Below are positions 1 through 9,899 of a DNA stretch of 64,000 bases, piece after piece. How positions within the stretch are numbered: position 1 is the first letter of the stretch; every line of letters begins with the position of its first letter. The translations under genes and the position numbers were made by a program. The DNA is taken from positions 160,001-224,000 of the forward strand of contig JBEKVV010000002.1 in assembly GCA_049513715.1 (NCBI GenBank), written 5' to 3'. The stretch is from Candidatus Bathyarchaeia archaeon. Lineage in GTDB: Archaea > Thermoproteota > Bathyarchaeia > 40CM-2-53-6. Below the pieces are notes generated by a model that was not told the origin of the DNA, did not search any database, and worked only from the letters and a program-made list of their open reading frames with translations.

Positions 1-350
1 ACGCCGTCGCCAACATTGACGTTCGAGTAGATTGTACTGCCGGATCTCACGATGCACTCTTCACCAATCGTAGTTAGTTTCTTCTTCACCGTACGTCCCT
101 GGGTTCGAATATCGTTGAGTTCTTCGAGGGTCGGAGATCCAACAACGCAATTCGGTCCAATGTAGGTGCGCCGACCAATAGTCACAGGGCCCAAGATGAC
201 TGCGTTCGAATCGATAATGACTCCTTCACCTGCTCTTACTTCGCCGGTCAACCTAGCACCACCGCGGATTTCTGTACCGGCAGCAAGGAGTTGTGCGTTC
301 TCGACAGAGGCGGTTAGGTCTTTCTTCCGTGAACTCAACAGGATCGCCAT
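1..350 (-). CDS. Hexapeptide-repeat (left-handed beta-helix) acyltransferase, 3' end runs off the window
   Basis: Not in ORF track. Manual translation from ATG at 350 gives ...VIIDSNAVILGPVTIGRRTYIGPNCVVG...TTIGEECIVRSGSTIYSNVNVGDG, open to the window edge. Confidence 0.8.
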   Translation of the reverse strand, partial: MAILLSSRKKDLTASVENAQLLAAGTEIRGGARLTGEVRAGEGVIIDSNAVILGPVTIGRRTYIGPNCVVGSPTLEELNDIRTQGRTVKKKLTTIGEECIVRSGSTIYSNVNVGDG

Positions 351-466
351 CGCCACAATAGCCGGAGCAGGCGCTTAATTCACTTTATGAGAGAAGTTGT
401 TCCCACCATGCTTCACGAACCATAACTGAATAATATGAACCTCCCATAACAACTCGCGCCATAGGT

Positions 467-1864
467 GTGGCAGCTTTGCCGAAAGCACATCCCTACATTC
501 CGAACAGCAACGACGCGATAGCGCACCAGATGCTCAGCGAAATTGGTGTCGCTTCAGTGGAGGAATTGTTCAAGGATATCCCTTCCGCGATACGGTCAAA
601 GGCAGGTCTGACGATTCCGCCCAAGATGTCGGAGATGGAGGTTCGGCGACATGTTGAAAACCTCCTTAGCAAAAACCGCTCGACACGGGATTTTCTATCA
701 TTCCTCGGCGCTGGTGTCTGGCCTCACCACATACCCGCGGCTGTTGATGCAATTGTCAACAGAAGCGAATTCCTAACCTCCTACACGCCCTACCAGCCCG
801 AAATATCTCAGGGAATGCTCCAATCGATGTTCGAATACCAGAGTTTGGTATGCGAACTGACAGCAATGGAATACGCGAACAGTTCGATGTATGACTGGTC
901 AACTGCTCTAGGTGAAGCTGCAAGGATGACTGTTCGCCTTACAGGCCGGAATGAATTCATCGTTCCGCATTACATTCACCCAGAGAGACTCTCAACGTTG
1001 AGAGTCTTCACCGAACCCGCGGACATCAAGATCGTTGAAGTCGCCCAAGACAGGAAGACCGGCATGATCGATCTTACAGATTTGAAAAAGAAGCTTGGTC
1101 CGAAAACAGCGGGGGTGTATCTGGAATACCCCTCCTTTTTGGGTTTCGTTGAAGAGGCAGCAGACAACATAGGCCAAATGGTTCACGGGAACGGGTCCCT
1201 CTTCGTCGTTGGCGTTGAACCCGTCTCCCTTGGCGCCCTAAAGCCCCCGGGCGAATTTGGGGTCGACATTGTTGTGGGTGAGGGCCAACCCCTGGGAAGC
1301 CACATGAATTACGGCGGGCCTCTCCTCGGGATCTTCGCCTGCAGAGGCGATACCTTACTCCGACAGATGCCGGGACGAATCATTGGAAAAACAACCACTC
1401 AAGACGGGAAACAGGACGCATACTGCATGGCCCTCCAGACCCGTGAACAACATATCCGAAGAGAGAAGGCAACTTCAAACATTTGCACTAATGAGGCCTT
1501 GTTGGCGCTGGCAGCATCAACCTACCTCTCCCTAATGGGGCCAAAAGGGATCGAAGACCTTTGCTCAACAATCATGGACCGCTGCCAATACGCAACAACA
1601 AAGCTTCAGGAAATCCAAGGAATAACCGCTCCCTCCTTTGATGCGTTCCACTTCATGGAGTTCACTGTGAATTTCGACAAGACCAGGATGAAAGTTTCCG
1701 AGATAAATGAGGGATTACTGAAAGAGAGCATCCAAGGTGGCTTGGATGTTGGGAGATATTTCCCTGAACTAGGCGAAACCGCTCTCTACTGTTTCACTGA
1801 GATTCACAGTCGCGCCGACATTGACACGCTGGCAGACAAACTACGTCAAATCGTGGGGGCGTGA
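467..1864 (+). CDS. gcvPA: Glycine cleavage system P protein subunit 1
   Basis: FLTSYTPYQPEISQG, ANSSMYD, LQTREQHIRREKATSNICTN motifs. Confidence 0.97.
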   Translation: MAALPKAHPYIPNSNDAIAHQMLSEIGVASVEELFKDIPSAIRSKAGLTIPPKMSEMEVRRHVENLLSKNRSTRDFLSFLGAGVWPHHIPAAVDAIVNRSEFLTSYTPYQPEISQGMLQSMFEYQSLVCELTAMEYANSSMYDWSTALGEAARMTVRLTGRNEFIVPHYIHPERLSTLRVFTEPADIKIVEVAQDRKTGMIDLTDLKKKLGPKTAGVYLEYPSFLGFVEEAADNIGQMVHGNGSLFVVGVEPVSLGALKPPGEFGVDIVVGEGQPLGSHMNYGGPLLGIFACRGDTLLRQMPGRIIGKTTTQDGKQDAYCMALQTREQHIRREKATSNICTNEALLALAASTYLSLMGPKGIEDLCSTIMDRCQYATTKLQEIQGITAPSFDAFHFMEFTVNFDKTRMKVSEINEGLLKESIQGGLDVGRYFPELGETALYCFTEIHSRADIDTLADKLRQIVGA

Positions 1865-1869
1865 GAAGA

Positions 1870-3363
1870 ATGGCATTTGCCCAAGCCAGATGGAACGAAC
1901 CTTTAATCATCCAACTGTCCCACAAAGGCAAAGTGGGATTTCACGAGTCACACCCCACCAGCAAACTAGGATCAATTCCTCAACAAATCCGGCGCACAAA
2001 CCCACCGCAGTTGCCCGAAGTCTCCGAAATTGAGGTCATCAGGCATTACACTAGACTCTCGCAGGAGAACTTCGGTGTCGACCTGGGAATCTACCCCCTA
2101 GGAAGCTGCACTATGAAGTACAACCCCAAGATCTGCGATGCAATCGCAGCCTCTGACAAGATTGCGGATGTGCACCCGTACCAGGATCAGAAAACTGTCC
2201 AAGGGATTCTGCAAATAATGTACGAGACAGCTGGTTTTCTCGCAGACATCGTCGGAATGGATAAGATAACGCTGCAGCCAGCCGCTGGCGCGCACGGCGA
2301 ATACACAGGTGTCATGTTGATTCGGGCCTATCACCACGGTAAGGGAGACCAGGATCGCGACGAAATCATCGTCCCCGATTCGGCACATGGGACAAATCCT
2401 GCAAGCGCGGCAATGGCCGGCTACAAGGTAGTTGAAGTTCCTTCAGATTCGCAAGGCTGCGTTGACAAGGAGGCACTGAAAAGCGCGGTTGGCCCACAGA
2501 CCGCGGGGTTGATGATAACTAACCCAAATACGCTCGGCATCTTTGAACGAGACATATTGGAGATCGCGGGAACCGTTCACGACGCTGGAGGCTTACTCTA
2601 CTATGACGGCGCGAACCTCAACGCGATCATGGGCAAGGCCAAGCCGGGGAATATGGGCTTCGACGTAGTTCACATAAACCTTCACAAAACCTTCGCAACC
2701 CCCCATGGCGGAGGCGGGCCGGGAGCCGGCCCAGTCGGTGTGACCAAACGCTTGGCTGGCTTCCTCCCTGTTCCCACAATCGAATTCGACGGTCACAAAT
2801 ACTACTTGGACTACGACCGACCCAAGAGCATTGGCAAGGTCAGGGCTTTTCAGGGGAGCGCGGCCGTCATTCTCCGAGCCTACGTCTACATCCTGTTGCA
2901 TGGGAAGGAAGGGTTGGAGACGGCCTCCGAGATAGCTGTTCTCAATGCGAATTACATGGCACAGAAACTTAGGAAAGTTCGAGGCTTCTCTCTCCCGTAC
3001 GCTGAAGGGATTCCGAGAAAGCACGAGTTCGTTCTATCTGCGTCAACATTGGCGAAGGAAACTGGTGTTACTGCTTTGCAGGTCGGCAAGCGATTGCTTG
3101 ACTTTGGCGTCCACCCACCAACAATCTACTTCCCATTGATTGTTGAAGAGGCAATGATGACCGAGCCTACCGAAACTGTGGGCAGGCAGGAACTCGACAA
3201 AATGATTCAAGCCTTCGAAACAATAAGCCAAGAAGCCTACGGGAAATCAAATCAGCCTGCGACGAGCCCTCACTCAACCAGCGTGACGAGAATCGATGAG
3301 GCTCGGGCGAATAGGCCGAAGACGATACAGCTGAATTGGAGAAAGACCCTCGCGAGCAATTGA
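1870..3363 (+). CDS. gcvPB: Glycine cleavage system P protein subunit 2
   Basis: YPLGSCTMKYNP, PDSAHGTNPASA, PLP lysine motif NLHKTFATPHGGGGPG; ATG at 1870 preferred over GTG at 1861. Confidence 0.97.
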   Translation: MAFAQARWNEPLIIQLSHKGKVGFHESHPTSKLGSIPQQIRRTNPPQLPEVSEIEVIRHYTRLSQENFGVDLGIYPLGSCTMKYNPKICDAIAASDKIADVHPYQDQKTVQGILQIMYETAGFLADIVGMDKITLQPAAGAHGEYTGVMLIRAYHHGKGDQDRDEIIVPDSAHGTNPASAAMAGYKVVEVPSDSQGCVDKEALKSAVGPQTAGLMITNPNTLGIFERDILEIAGTVHDAGGLLYYDGANLNAIMGKAKPGNMGFDVVHINLHKTFATPHGGGGPGAGPVGVTKRLAGFLPVPTIEFDGHKYYLDYDRPKSIGKVRAFQGSAAVILRAYVYILLHGKEGLETASEIAVLNANYMAQKLRKVRGFSLPYAEGIPRKHEFVLSASTLAKETGVTALQVGKRLLDFGVHPPTIYFPLIVEEAMMTEPTETVGRQELDKMIQAFETISQEAYGKSNQPATSPHSTSVTRIDEARANRPKTIQLNWRKTLASN

Positions 3364-3403
3364 ACCAATAGCGGAGAGCGTGGGTAGGAGAGAGATTCGC
3401 AAG

Positions 3404-3691
3404 ATGAAGGTCAAAGCTCAGTATTTCGCTTCTCTAAGGGAACTCCTTGGTCTTCGGGAAGAGGTGCTGGATGTGCAGAACGATATCGATGTGACGGGGT
3501 TGCTGGAATTCTTAGCCGAACGGCACGGCCCCAAGCTGAAGACATACCTCTTCGACGCGAACACCGGAACCCCCAAACAATACCTTCAGTTCATTATTGA
3601 TGGGTCATCCATATCGAGCCTCCAAGGGTTCGCGACGAAACTCAGCGACGGGTCAACCTTTGCCGTAATCCCGCCTGTCGGAGGAGGATGA
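3404..3691 (+). CDS. MoaD/ThiS/SAMP ubiquitin-like sulfur carrier
   Basis: MKVKAQYFASLRE N-terminus and C-terminal IPPVGGG; ATG at 3404. Confidence 0.9.
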   Translation: MKVKAQYFASLRELLGLREEVLDVQNDIDVTGLLEFLAERHGPKLKTYLFDANTGTPKQYLQFIIDGSSISSLQGFATKLSDGSTFAVIPPVGGG

Positions 3692-4193
3692 CAAGAAGAA
3701 TTCTTGCAGAATGTGCTGTGATGGAGTTCACATGACGTAACGCGCACGTGCCGATCTTATGCCATGTTTCTTGGCCACGAGCCCCAAAACAGCACCAAAC
3801 TGCCGAACGAAACACGAAACATGCTTGTCCGCAGCTCTAGCTTTCTATTTTCACCCGCCACCATGCTCGCTGAGGCATTGTCGTGATTGTTCCAGTGCAC
3901 ATGGCAGAATTGTCAGCAAGATGACATGTGCTTGCCAATGGCCTTCAGAGAGAAATGCACTCCGCGCCCGCATTTCCCTGCCCAATCAAAGTCCAGTGAG
4001 TTGTTGTGTTTGCTTCAATGGTGTTTCTTTAACTCGACTTGTGCCGCGTTGCGGCTCTGGTTCGTAGCTTGGCATCCACGTGTGAGTGCGCCAGCCGTAT
4101 TCTGAGATTTTCCTTCGTGAGAGCTTTACGTGAAGTTGTGAGGGTGCCGGAAAAACAAGGTTCTGATGACTCCTCCACCGATTCCTGTAGCAG

Positions 4194-4931
4194 ATGAAAA
4201 GTATGCGAACAATGTTGCTATTGACAATCTGCCTTCTATCAGTGATTCTACCGATTTCGACTACGACTATGGTCTTGGCTCAAACCCATCGCCAAGCTTT
4301 GATCTTGTCCTCCGTCGAGAAGACTGATCCTTTCGATATGAGGAGCAATGTCGAATCAAGCTTGACGAGCATAGGCTACCAAGTAACTTACTTGCACGAC
4401 ACAGAGGTCACACTCGACGTTCTATTGAACCAGCTCGGCAATTATGATGTAGTGTTTTGGAGAACGGACGGCTACGCGAGGCTTGACCATGCAACCTACT
4501 TCTTTGTTGGAGAGTATAGCAGCCCAGCCGCGGTCGCCCCCTACGCAGCAGATCTCGCTACGGGAACGTTGGACAACTCACTTGGACTTCTTGGCATCAA
4601 CAGCAACTTTCTGCGCGCCCACCTTGGACCGAACTCCCTCAGCCGCATCAAATTGATGGTGCTGATAACGGGCAATCTGGGCGATTTCGCCAAGACAATG
4701 CTAAGTCTAGGTGTCACAGCAGTAGTAAACACATACGGCTACTTCGCGTTCACCATAGTTGACCCCGCAGTGGCTCAAGTCTTCTCCTACCTTGCACAGG
4801 GCTTAACTGTACGCCAATCAGTGATGAAGTTGCTGAACCCGTTCTACGCCTACCTTGTTGGGAGCGAAATCAACCAAGCCGAGTTTCCGCCGATCTGGTA
4901 CAGCGGAGATTCGACCATAACCATCTCGTAA
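4194..4931 (+). CDS. Secreted hypothetical protein
   Basis: 245-aa ORF with signal-peptide-like N-terminus; no recognised family. Confidence 0.7.
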   Translation: MKSMRTMLLLTICLLSVILPISTTTMVLAQTHRQALILSSVEKTDPFDMRSNVESSLTSIGYQVTYLHDTEVTLDVLLNQLGNYDVVFWRTDGYARLDHATYFFVGEYSSPAAVAPYAADLATGTLDNSLGLLGINSNFLRAHLGPNSLSRIKLMVLITGNLGDFAKTMLSLGVTAVVNTYGYFAFTIVDPAVAQVFSYLAQGLTVRQSVMKLLNPFYAYLVGSEINQAEFPPIWYSGDSTITIS

Positions 4932-4960
4932 CAGCAAGACTAAGACAACTACCCTCCCAG

Positions 4961-5007
4961 CTTTTCTTTTTTCACGGCCGCGGAGCAGTGGTCCGCGGTT
5001 ATTTTTT
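4961..5007 (+). terminator. T-tract and GC hairpin downstream of the 4194-4931 gene
   Basis: cttttcttttttc, then ggccgcgga-N7-tccgcggtt, then atttttt. Confidence 0.4.
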
Positions 5008-5264
5008 AAGGCGCAGCAACATGGACGAACAGAGTGTTATTCCGCGGACTCACGTTGTGCCTACTCTTGAGCATTATCGTAGCAATCAGAATTAACACGC
5101 CATGAAATCTTTCGTACTTTGTGGAAAGAAAACATCGCTCAAATTCTACAAACGCCCACTCGAACCGTTCCCGGACGAGGGTAATGGCGTTTCAGACGTA
5201 ATAGGCACTTGAGCGGACTCGCCTAGGTTGAGCATCGAACCCTCGTTACTGGTTAGAAGGTGGA

Positions 5265-6350
5265 TTGTCCACGACGAGTTCCCTTCAGGAAAAGTTACGG
5301 CCAGAGCCCGATTACGGTTACCGAGCCCTAGCCATGGGTTTTGGAGGAGCCGGCAATGATGCTTTGACCCACCTGATGGACGCAGGCGTCAAAGGGATTC
5401 ACTGCGTTGCCGCAGATACAGATCGGTATCATCTCCACATAACCAAGGCACATTCCAAGATCCTTTTGGATGCAGCGCCAGGAACTGATGGTGGGACGAG
5501 AGGGAATGTGGACGTCGGCAAGCAAGCCGCGATGGGTGCTCTTCCAAGGATCAAAAGCGCGGTGGACGGAGTGGACTTGGTTTTCATTCTTGCAGGCATG
5601 GGTGGCGGAACCGGAGGAGGGGCAGCCCCAGTGGCTGCGGAACTTGCCCGTGAAAGCGGTGCCCTTGTTGTAGGATTGGTGACGAAACCGTTCTTCCCTG
5701 AAAGAGTCGACTTGGCCGTGGATAGCCTTAGAGCTCTGCTGAGAACATGTGACACTGTAGTTCTAGTTGACAATCACGGCGCGGGGGCAGCATCGCATGC
5801 GCTACCCTTCCCGTTTGATCTGGATACTGCTGGGCAAACGACTTGTTCACTAGTATCATCGATTACCCGCAGCTTTCACAATCCGAGCAGCTTAAGCTCC
5901 GACATTAGCGATCTTCGAGAAATGCTGAGGCAAGGCGGACTAGCGAAGGCTGGTGTGAGCGACTGGTGCTCCTGCGGCGGCGTCGAAGAAGCGGCTCTGA
6001 CAGCGATTAGGGATATTGTTCCTCACTGCGATCTTGCAAAGGTCGATGGTGTTTTCCTCGGCATATTGGGTGATGGTGGTCTTCACGAATCAGACCTCGC
6101 TCCAACTCTGGAATTGGTTTCTCGGAGGATTAATCCTGACGCTGACTTTCTCTATGCGCATCATGTGGAACACGATGGGCTGGGGCTGACGAGAATCAGC
6201 CTTCTCGCCACGGGCGTTTCATTTCCGTACACTTGGGGTGGATACCGGCGCGTTCCGGCTGAGATCTTTGAGATGGAGCCAGAATCTGGCAACGATGACC
6301 GCCTCAGCATTAAACTAGAAATGCCCCAGCTCGAGGCGTTATTAGACTAA
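5265..6350 (+). CDS. ftsZ: Divergent FtsZ/tubulin-family GTPase
   Basis: GFGGAGN, AGMGGGTGGG signature, VTKPF, CDTVVLVDN; T7 loop is degenerate. Confidence 0.85.
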   Translation: MSTTSSLQEKLRPEPDYGYRALAMGFGGAGNDALTHLMDAGVKGIHCVAADTDRYHLHITKAHSKILLDAAPGTDGGTRGNVDVGKQAAMGALPRIKSAVDGVDLVFILAGMGGGTGGGAAPVAAELARESGALVVGLVTKPFFPERVDLAVDSLRALLRTCDTVVLVDNHGAGAASHALPFPFDLDTAGQTTCSLVSSITRSFHNPSSLSSDISDLREMLRQGGLAKAGVSDWCSCGGVEEAALTAIRDIVPHCDLAKVDGVFLGILGDGGLHESDLAPTLELVSRRINPDADFLYAHHVEHDGLGLTRISLLATGVSFPYTWGGYRRVPAEIFEMEPESGNDDRLSIKLEMPQLEALLD

Positions 6351-6973
6351 GTGAACTTGAACTTCAGCTTACGCAACTTGTTAACTGCTGACGTTGCATG
6401 GCCTTCGGGACGCACTCGACCCATTCTAATCGCGCCAAGCACATCTTTCACATCTCGACTTGTTGAATCCACGACCGTGTACGCGTCCCCAATTGATTGT
6501 GGTATGTGGGAATCGCTTCCACCCACTTGCGGGAGTCCTAACCTCCGCGCGTCCCTCTCAGCAAACCAGTTCGAAAGGTAAAACGAGAGCGCGTCCGCGT
6601 TCATGGTTTCAACCGCGTCCGGCATCACCTTCAATCGCGCCAGTTTAACACACTCACATACGGGGTCGTATGGGTGAGGAACAATTGCGATGCCCCCAAG
6701 TTCATGGATCCTCGTAATGGTTTCATCCGCCGTAAGCCCCGGTGGAACAGCTTCTCCAACCCCGAGTCCTATGACATGGCCGTCGCTGGTGCTCACTTCA
6801 ATACCGGGTAGAATAAGGGCGTCAACTTTCGGCGGGTCAAAGTTATCGTGCTCAGTGACGGCTACGCCGTCCAATCCTTTTCGTCTGATTATGCCCGGCA
6901 AGTCCTCAATTTTCGTGTGCGCATCCTTTGAGCGAATCGTGTGAACGTGCATGTCAATCTTCAGAAGTGGCAT
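6347..6973 (-). CDS. PHP-domain metal-dependent phosphoesterase
   Basis: DMHVHT, VTEHD, PGIEVS, PHPY, GGSDSH motifs. Confidence 0.9.
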   Translation of the reverse strand: MPLLKIDMHVHTIRSKDAHTKIEDLPGIIRRKGLDGVAVTEHDNFDPPKVDALILPGIEVSTSDGHVIGLGVGEAVPPGLTADETITRIHELGGIAIVPHPYDPVCECVKLARLKVMPDAVETMNADALSFYLSNWFAERDARRLGLPQVGGSDSHIPQSIGDAYTVVDSTSRDVKDVLGAIRMGRVRPEGHATSAVNKLRKLKFKFT

Positions 6974-6982
6974 TATCCGACC

Positions 6983-8623
6983 TCACTTGACCGCGGGAAC
7001 GGACACCTTATGGAAGAGTGGTTTGGCTTCACCGATCATGTGGCCCGGTTTCAGGTTCAGTTTTCCTGCGTTCCACCACTTCCCAGATTCTTCGTCTAGG
7101 TTGAGTTGTTTCGTGATTTGCTCTGCGGTTTCAGGCAAGAAAGGTGAAATTAGAATCCCTATTGTGTGGACTAATTGGATGGCAAGATAGAGGGTTGTGG
7201 CTGTCTTCGTTTGGTCTTTCTTTATCAGGTGCCACGGTTCGCGTTCGCTAAGATACTGATTCCCGGTTCTCGCCAGCCCGATTATCGCAGCCAAAGCCAC
7301 CTTCAGTTGGAATTGGTCGAGGAGCGAGTTGACCTTTGTCGGCGTGGCCTCGATCTCTTTCTTGAGGGCTTCGTCCTTCTCGTCAAAGCCGTGAGGCTCG
7401 GGTACTTTCGATTCGAAGGATCTGTTGATGAATGTGAGAGTACGGTGTACGAAGTTCCCAAGCACATCATTCAGTTCGCTGTTCACATGTGCTTCAAAAT
7501 CCCTCCACGTGAAGTTTGCGTCACGCGCTTCGGGTCTTATTGCCATAAGCACATACCTCCAATACTCTCCTGGCGCGACCTTCAATGCGTCATCTATCCA
7601 TACGCCAATTTGCTTGCTCTTCGAGAACTTCTGCCCATCGAATAGTATGAATTCCGTTGAGGATACTTGCCACGGAAGAACATAGTCCTCGTGCGTGGCG
7701 AGTAGAAGCGCGGGAAATATGATCACGTGGAAAGGAATGTTGTCCTTCCCGATGAAATGCACGTTCCTCGTTGCTTTGTCAAACCAAAAATCCTTCCACG
7801 CTTCTGGCTTACCTGATTTCTCAGCCCATTCAATTGAGGCGGAAACATAGCCCAGAACCGCCTCGAGCCAAACGTAAATGGTCTTTCCTTCCGCGCCCGG
7901 AAACGGTGCGGGGATTCCCCATTTATTGTCGCGCGTTAGAGCCCGTGGTTTCAACCCTTCCTCAAGCCATCGAAGGGAGAAATTTCGAGCATTTTCGGGA
8001 AGTTGCTTGTTGTTTTGGACGCTGTCCAACAGTTTGTCCCGGAACTTTGGGAGGTCGAAGAACCAGTGAGTGGACGTCTTCACGGTTGGTGTTGTCCCGC
8101 AGAAAACGCACTTGGAAGTTTTCAACTCAAGGGGATCTAGCACGCGCCCGCAGGAGTCGCATTGGTCTCCTCGGGCTTGCTCGAAACCACAGAAGGGGCA
8201 TGTGCCTTCAACGAACCTGTCCGGAAGAAACCTTTGGTCCTTCTCGCAGTACGGCAGATTCACGTTTTCAGTGTACACGTACCCGTTCTGGTAGGCCTTC
8301 TTGTAGAGGTCTTGAGTGAATCGAATATGGACGGGATTTTCTGTTCGCGTGTAGTTGTCGAACCGTATGTTGTAGGCTTCGAGTAGCCTGCATATCTCGC
8401 TATGAATCCCGTCCGTTAGTTGCTTCGGCGGTATGCCCCTTTTGATGGCTTCCACTTCAATTGGGGTTCCATGCTCATCGGAGCCTGTAACCGCTATAAC
8501 CTGTTCCCCTTTCAAGCGGAGGTACCTGGAGTAGACATCGGCGCTGACAAGATGCAGGAACGTGCCAAGGTGCGGAACAGAGTTAACGTAGGGCCAGGCA
8601 GCGTTTACAATCCATTTTCCCAT
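6983..8623 (-). CDS. metG: Methionyl-tRNA synthetase (short form, no C-terminal tRNA-binding domain)
   Basis: PYVNSVPHLG, GSDEHG, zinc knuckle CPFC/CDSC, FIGKDNIPFH, KFSKS; ATG at 8623 (TTG at 8638 alternative). Confidence 0.97.
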   Translation of the reverse strand: MGKWIVNAAWPYVNSVPHLGTFLHLVSADVYSRYLRLKGEQVIAVTGSDEHGTPIEVEAIKRGIPPKQLTDGIHSEICRLLEAYNIRFDNYTRTENPVHIRFTQDLYKKAYQNGYVYTENVNLPYCEKDQRFLPDRFVEGTCPFCGFEQARGDQCDSCGRVLDPLELKTSKCVFCGTTPTVKTSTHWFFDLPKFRDKLLDSVQNNKQLPENARNFSLRWLEEGLKPRALTRDNKWGIPAPFPGAEGKTIYVWLEAVLGYVSASIEWAEKSGKPEAWKDFWFDKATRNVHFIGKDNIPFHVIIFPALLLATHEDYVLPWQVSSTEFILFDGQKFSKSKQIGVWIDDALKVAPGEYWRYVLMAIRPEARDANFTWRDFEAHVNSELNDVLGNFVHRTLTFINRSFESKVPEPHGFDEKDEALKKEIEATPTKVNSLLDQFQLKVALAAIIGLARTGNQYLSEREPWHLIKKDQTKTATTLYLAIQLVHTIGILISPFLPETAEQITKQLNLDEESGKWWNAGKLNLKPGHMIGEAKPLFHKVSVPAVK

Positions 8624-8770
8624 CGAAGCTCCCTCCAAGAGGCTGAATCCATAGGTGGAGCCTCCTTGGTTCTATAACGTTGTTCTTGGTTTCGATTGGT
8701 TTCTTCTTTCCAAGCGGAAAAAGGGAACTGACAAATAGGGCCCTGCAAATGCTGTTCTCGGAAATCAAAC

Positions 8771-9181
8771 TTGAGTGTAGATTACGCTAAGCTGCTGGAC
8801 AGAGCATACGAGAAGTTGCCAGCCGTAGTGGGTACTGGGGAGAGATTTGAGATTCCGAAGGTAGTAGGGATCAGGATGGGTAGGCGAACTATCCTCCAAA
8901 ATTTCGGTGAGATAAGCAGCAGAATAAACAGGGACCCACACCACTTGCTGAAATTCCTTTCAAAGGAGCTGGCCACAGCAGCATCATTAGACGGTGCTAG
9001 GGCGATCTTCCAAGGAAGATTCGATGTTCAAACAGTAACACGCCTTTTGGGCATCTACGCGCAACGGTACGTCATATGCCCCATTTGTAGGCGGCCGGAC
9101 ACCAAGATTGAGAAGGAGGGCCGCTATCTGTTTCTTAGATGCGAAGCCTGCGGCGCTAGGTCGTCAATACTCCAAACCTGA
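8771..9181 (+). CDS. eif2b: Translation initiation factor 2 beta subunit
   Basis: GERFEIP, RDPHHLLKFLSKELAT, CPICRRPDT...CEACGA zinc ribbon. Confidence 0.95.
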   Translation: MSVDYAKLLDRAYEKLPAVVGTGERFEIPKVVGIRMGRRTILQNFGEISSRINRDPHHLLKFLSKELATAASLDGARAIFQGRFDVQTVTRLLGIYAQRYVICPICRRPDTKIEKEGRYLFLRCEACGARSSILQT

Positions 9182-9195
9182 GAAAGTGCAGCCTC

Positions 9196-9495
9196 GTGAG
9201 CGGAGTCTTTCTCCGAGTCTTCAATGGCCCAGACCACACACTCGTTGCAGCATGCGACGCAGAACTGCTGGGGGAGACATTCAAAGAGGGAAAGCTCAAG
9301 CTCGAAGTGAAAGAGGGCTTCTACAAAGGCATCCAGACCAGCATCCCAGACGCTCTTCGCGCCATCGACGAAGCAGACATCGCCAACCTCGTAGGGAAGG
9401 CAATCATTGAAGCTGCCGTAAGGGAGAGACTGGTTGACCCATCCGCAGTTGCCCATATCGGCGGCGTTCCACACGTGCAGATCGTTCGAATGTGA
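9196..9495 (+). CDS. DUF424 family protein
   Basis: VAACDAELLG...FY.G...ANLVG...GVPHVQI; conserved position after aIF2beta. Confidence 0.85.
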   Translation: MSGVFLRVFNGPDHTLVAACDAELLGETFKEGKLKLEVKEGFYKGIQTSIPDALRAIDEADIANLVGKAIIEAAVRERLVDPSAVAHIGGVPHVQIVRM

Positions 9496-9570
9496 CCAGA
9501 TGCCGTATCCAATCTACTACGCTTATTTACTCTAACCCAATATTCAGCGTAACTTAACGTCGGTGAAAGA

Positions 9571-9876
9571 TTGGGGAAGAAGAAGGTTCTGAGTGAGGGC
9601 GACCTCCGAGAGATGGTTATGCCTGGCGAGGGGCAGATGCTGGGGATTGTAACTCAAATGCTCGGATACGACCGGCTCATGGTCAAATGTGGCGACGGTC
9701 ACGAAAGGGTTTGCCGGATCAGGGGTAAGATGAAACGTCGGGTCTGGATCAAGATTGGGGATGTTGTTTTGATGGCTCCATGGGACTTCCAAACAGACAG
9801 CAGAGGAGATATTCTTTGGCGATATACGGAAAGCCAGGCAAACTGGCTTCGCAGCAAAGGGCAACTCGCGGTCTAG
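9571..9876 (+). CDS. eif1a: Translation initiation factor 1A
   Basis: QMLG...RVCRIRGKMKRRVWIKIGDVV..PWDFQ...GDILWRYT. Confidence 0.95.
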   Translation: MGKKKVLSEGDLREMVMPGEGQMLGIVTQMLGYDRLMVKCGDGHERVCRIRGKMKRRVWIKIGDVVLMAPWDFQTDSRGDILWRYTESQANWLRSKGQLAV

Positions 9877-9899
9877 CAATCTGTCAATGACTTCGAGGG

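Noticed and set aside
3759..4105. Two overlapping Cys-rich ORFs (3759-4067, 3887-4105)
   Set aside because: No recognisable motif spacing and mutually overlapping; most likely chance ORFs in an intergenic gap
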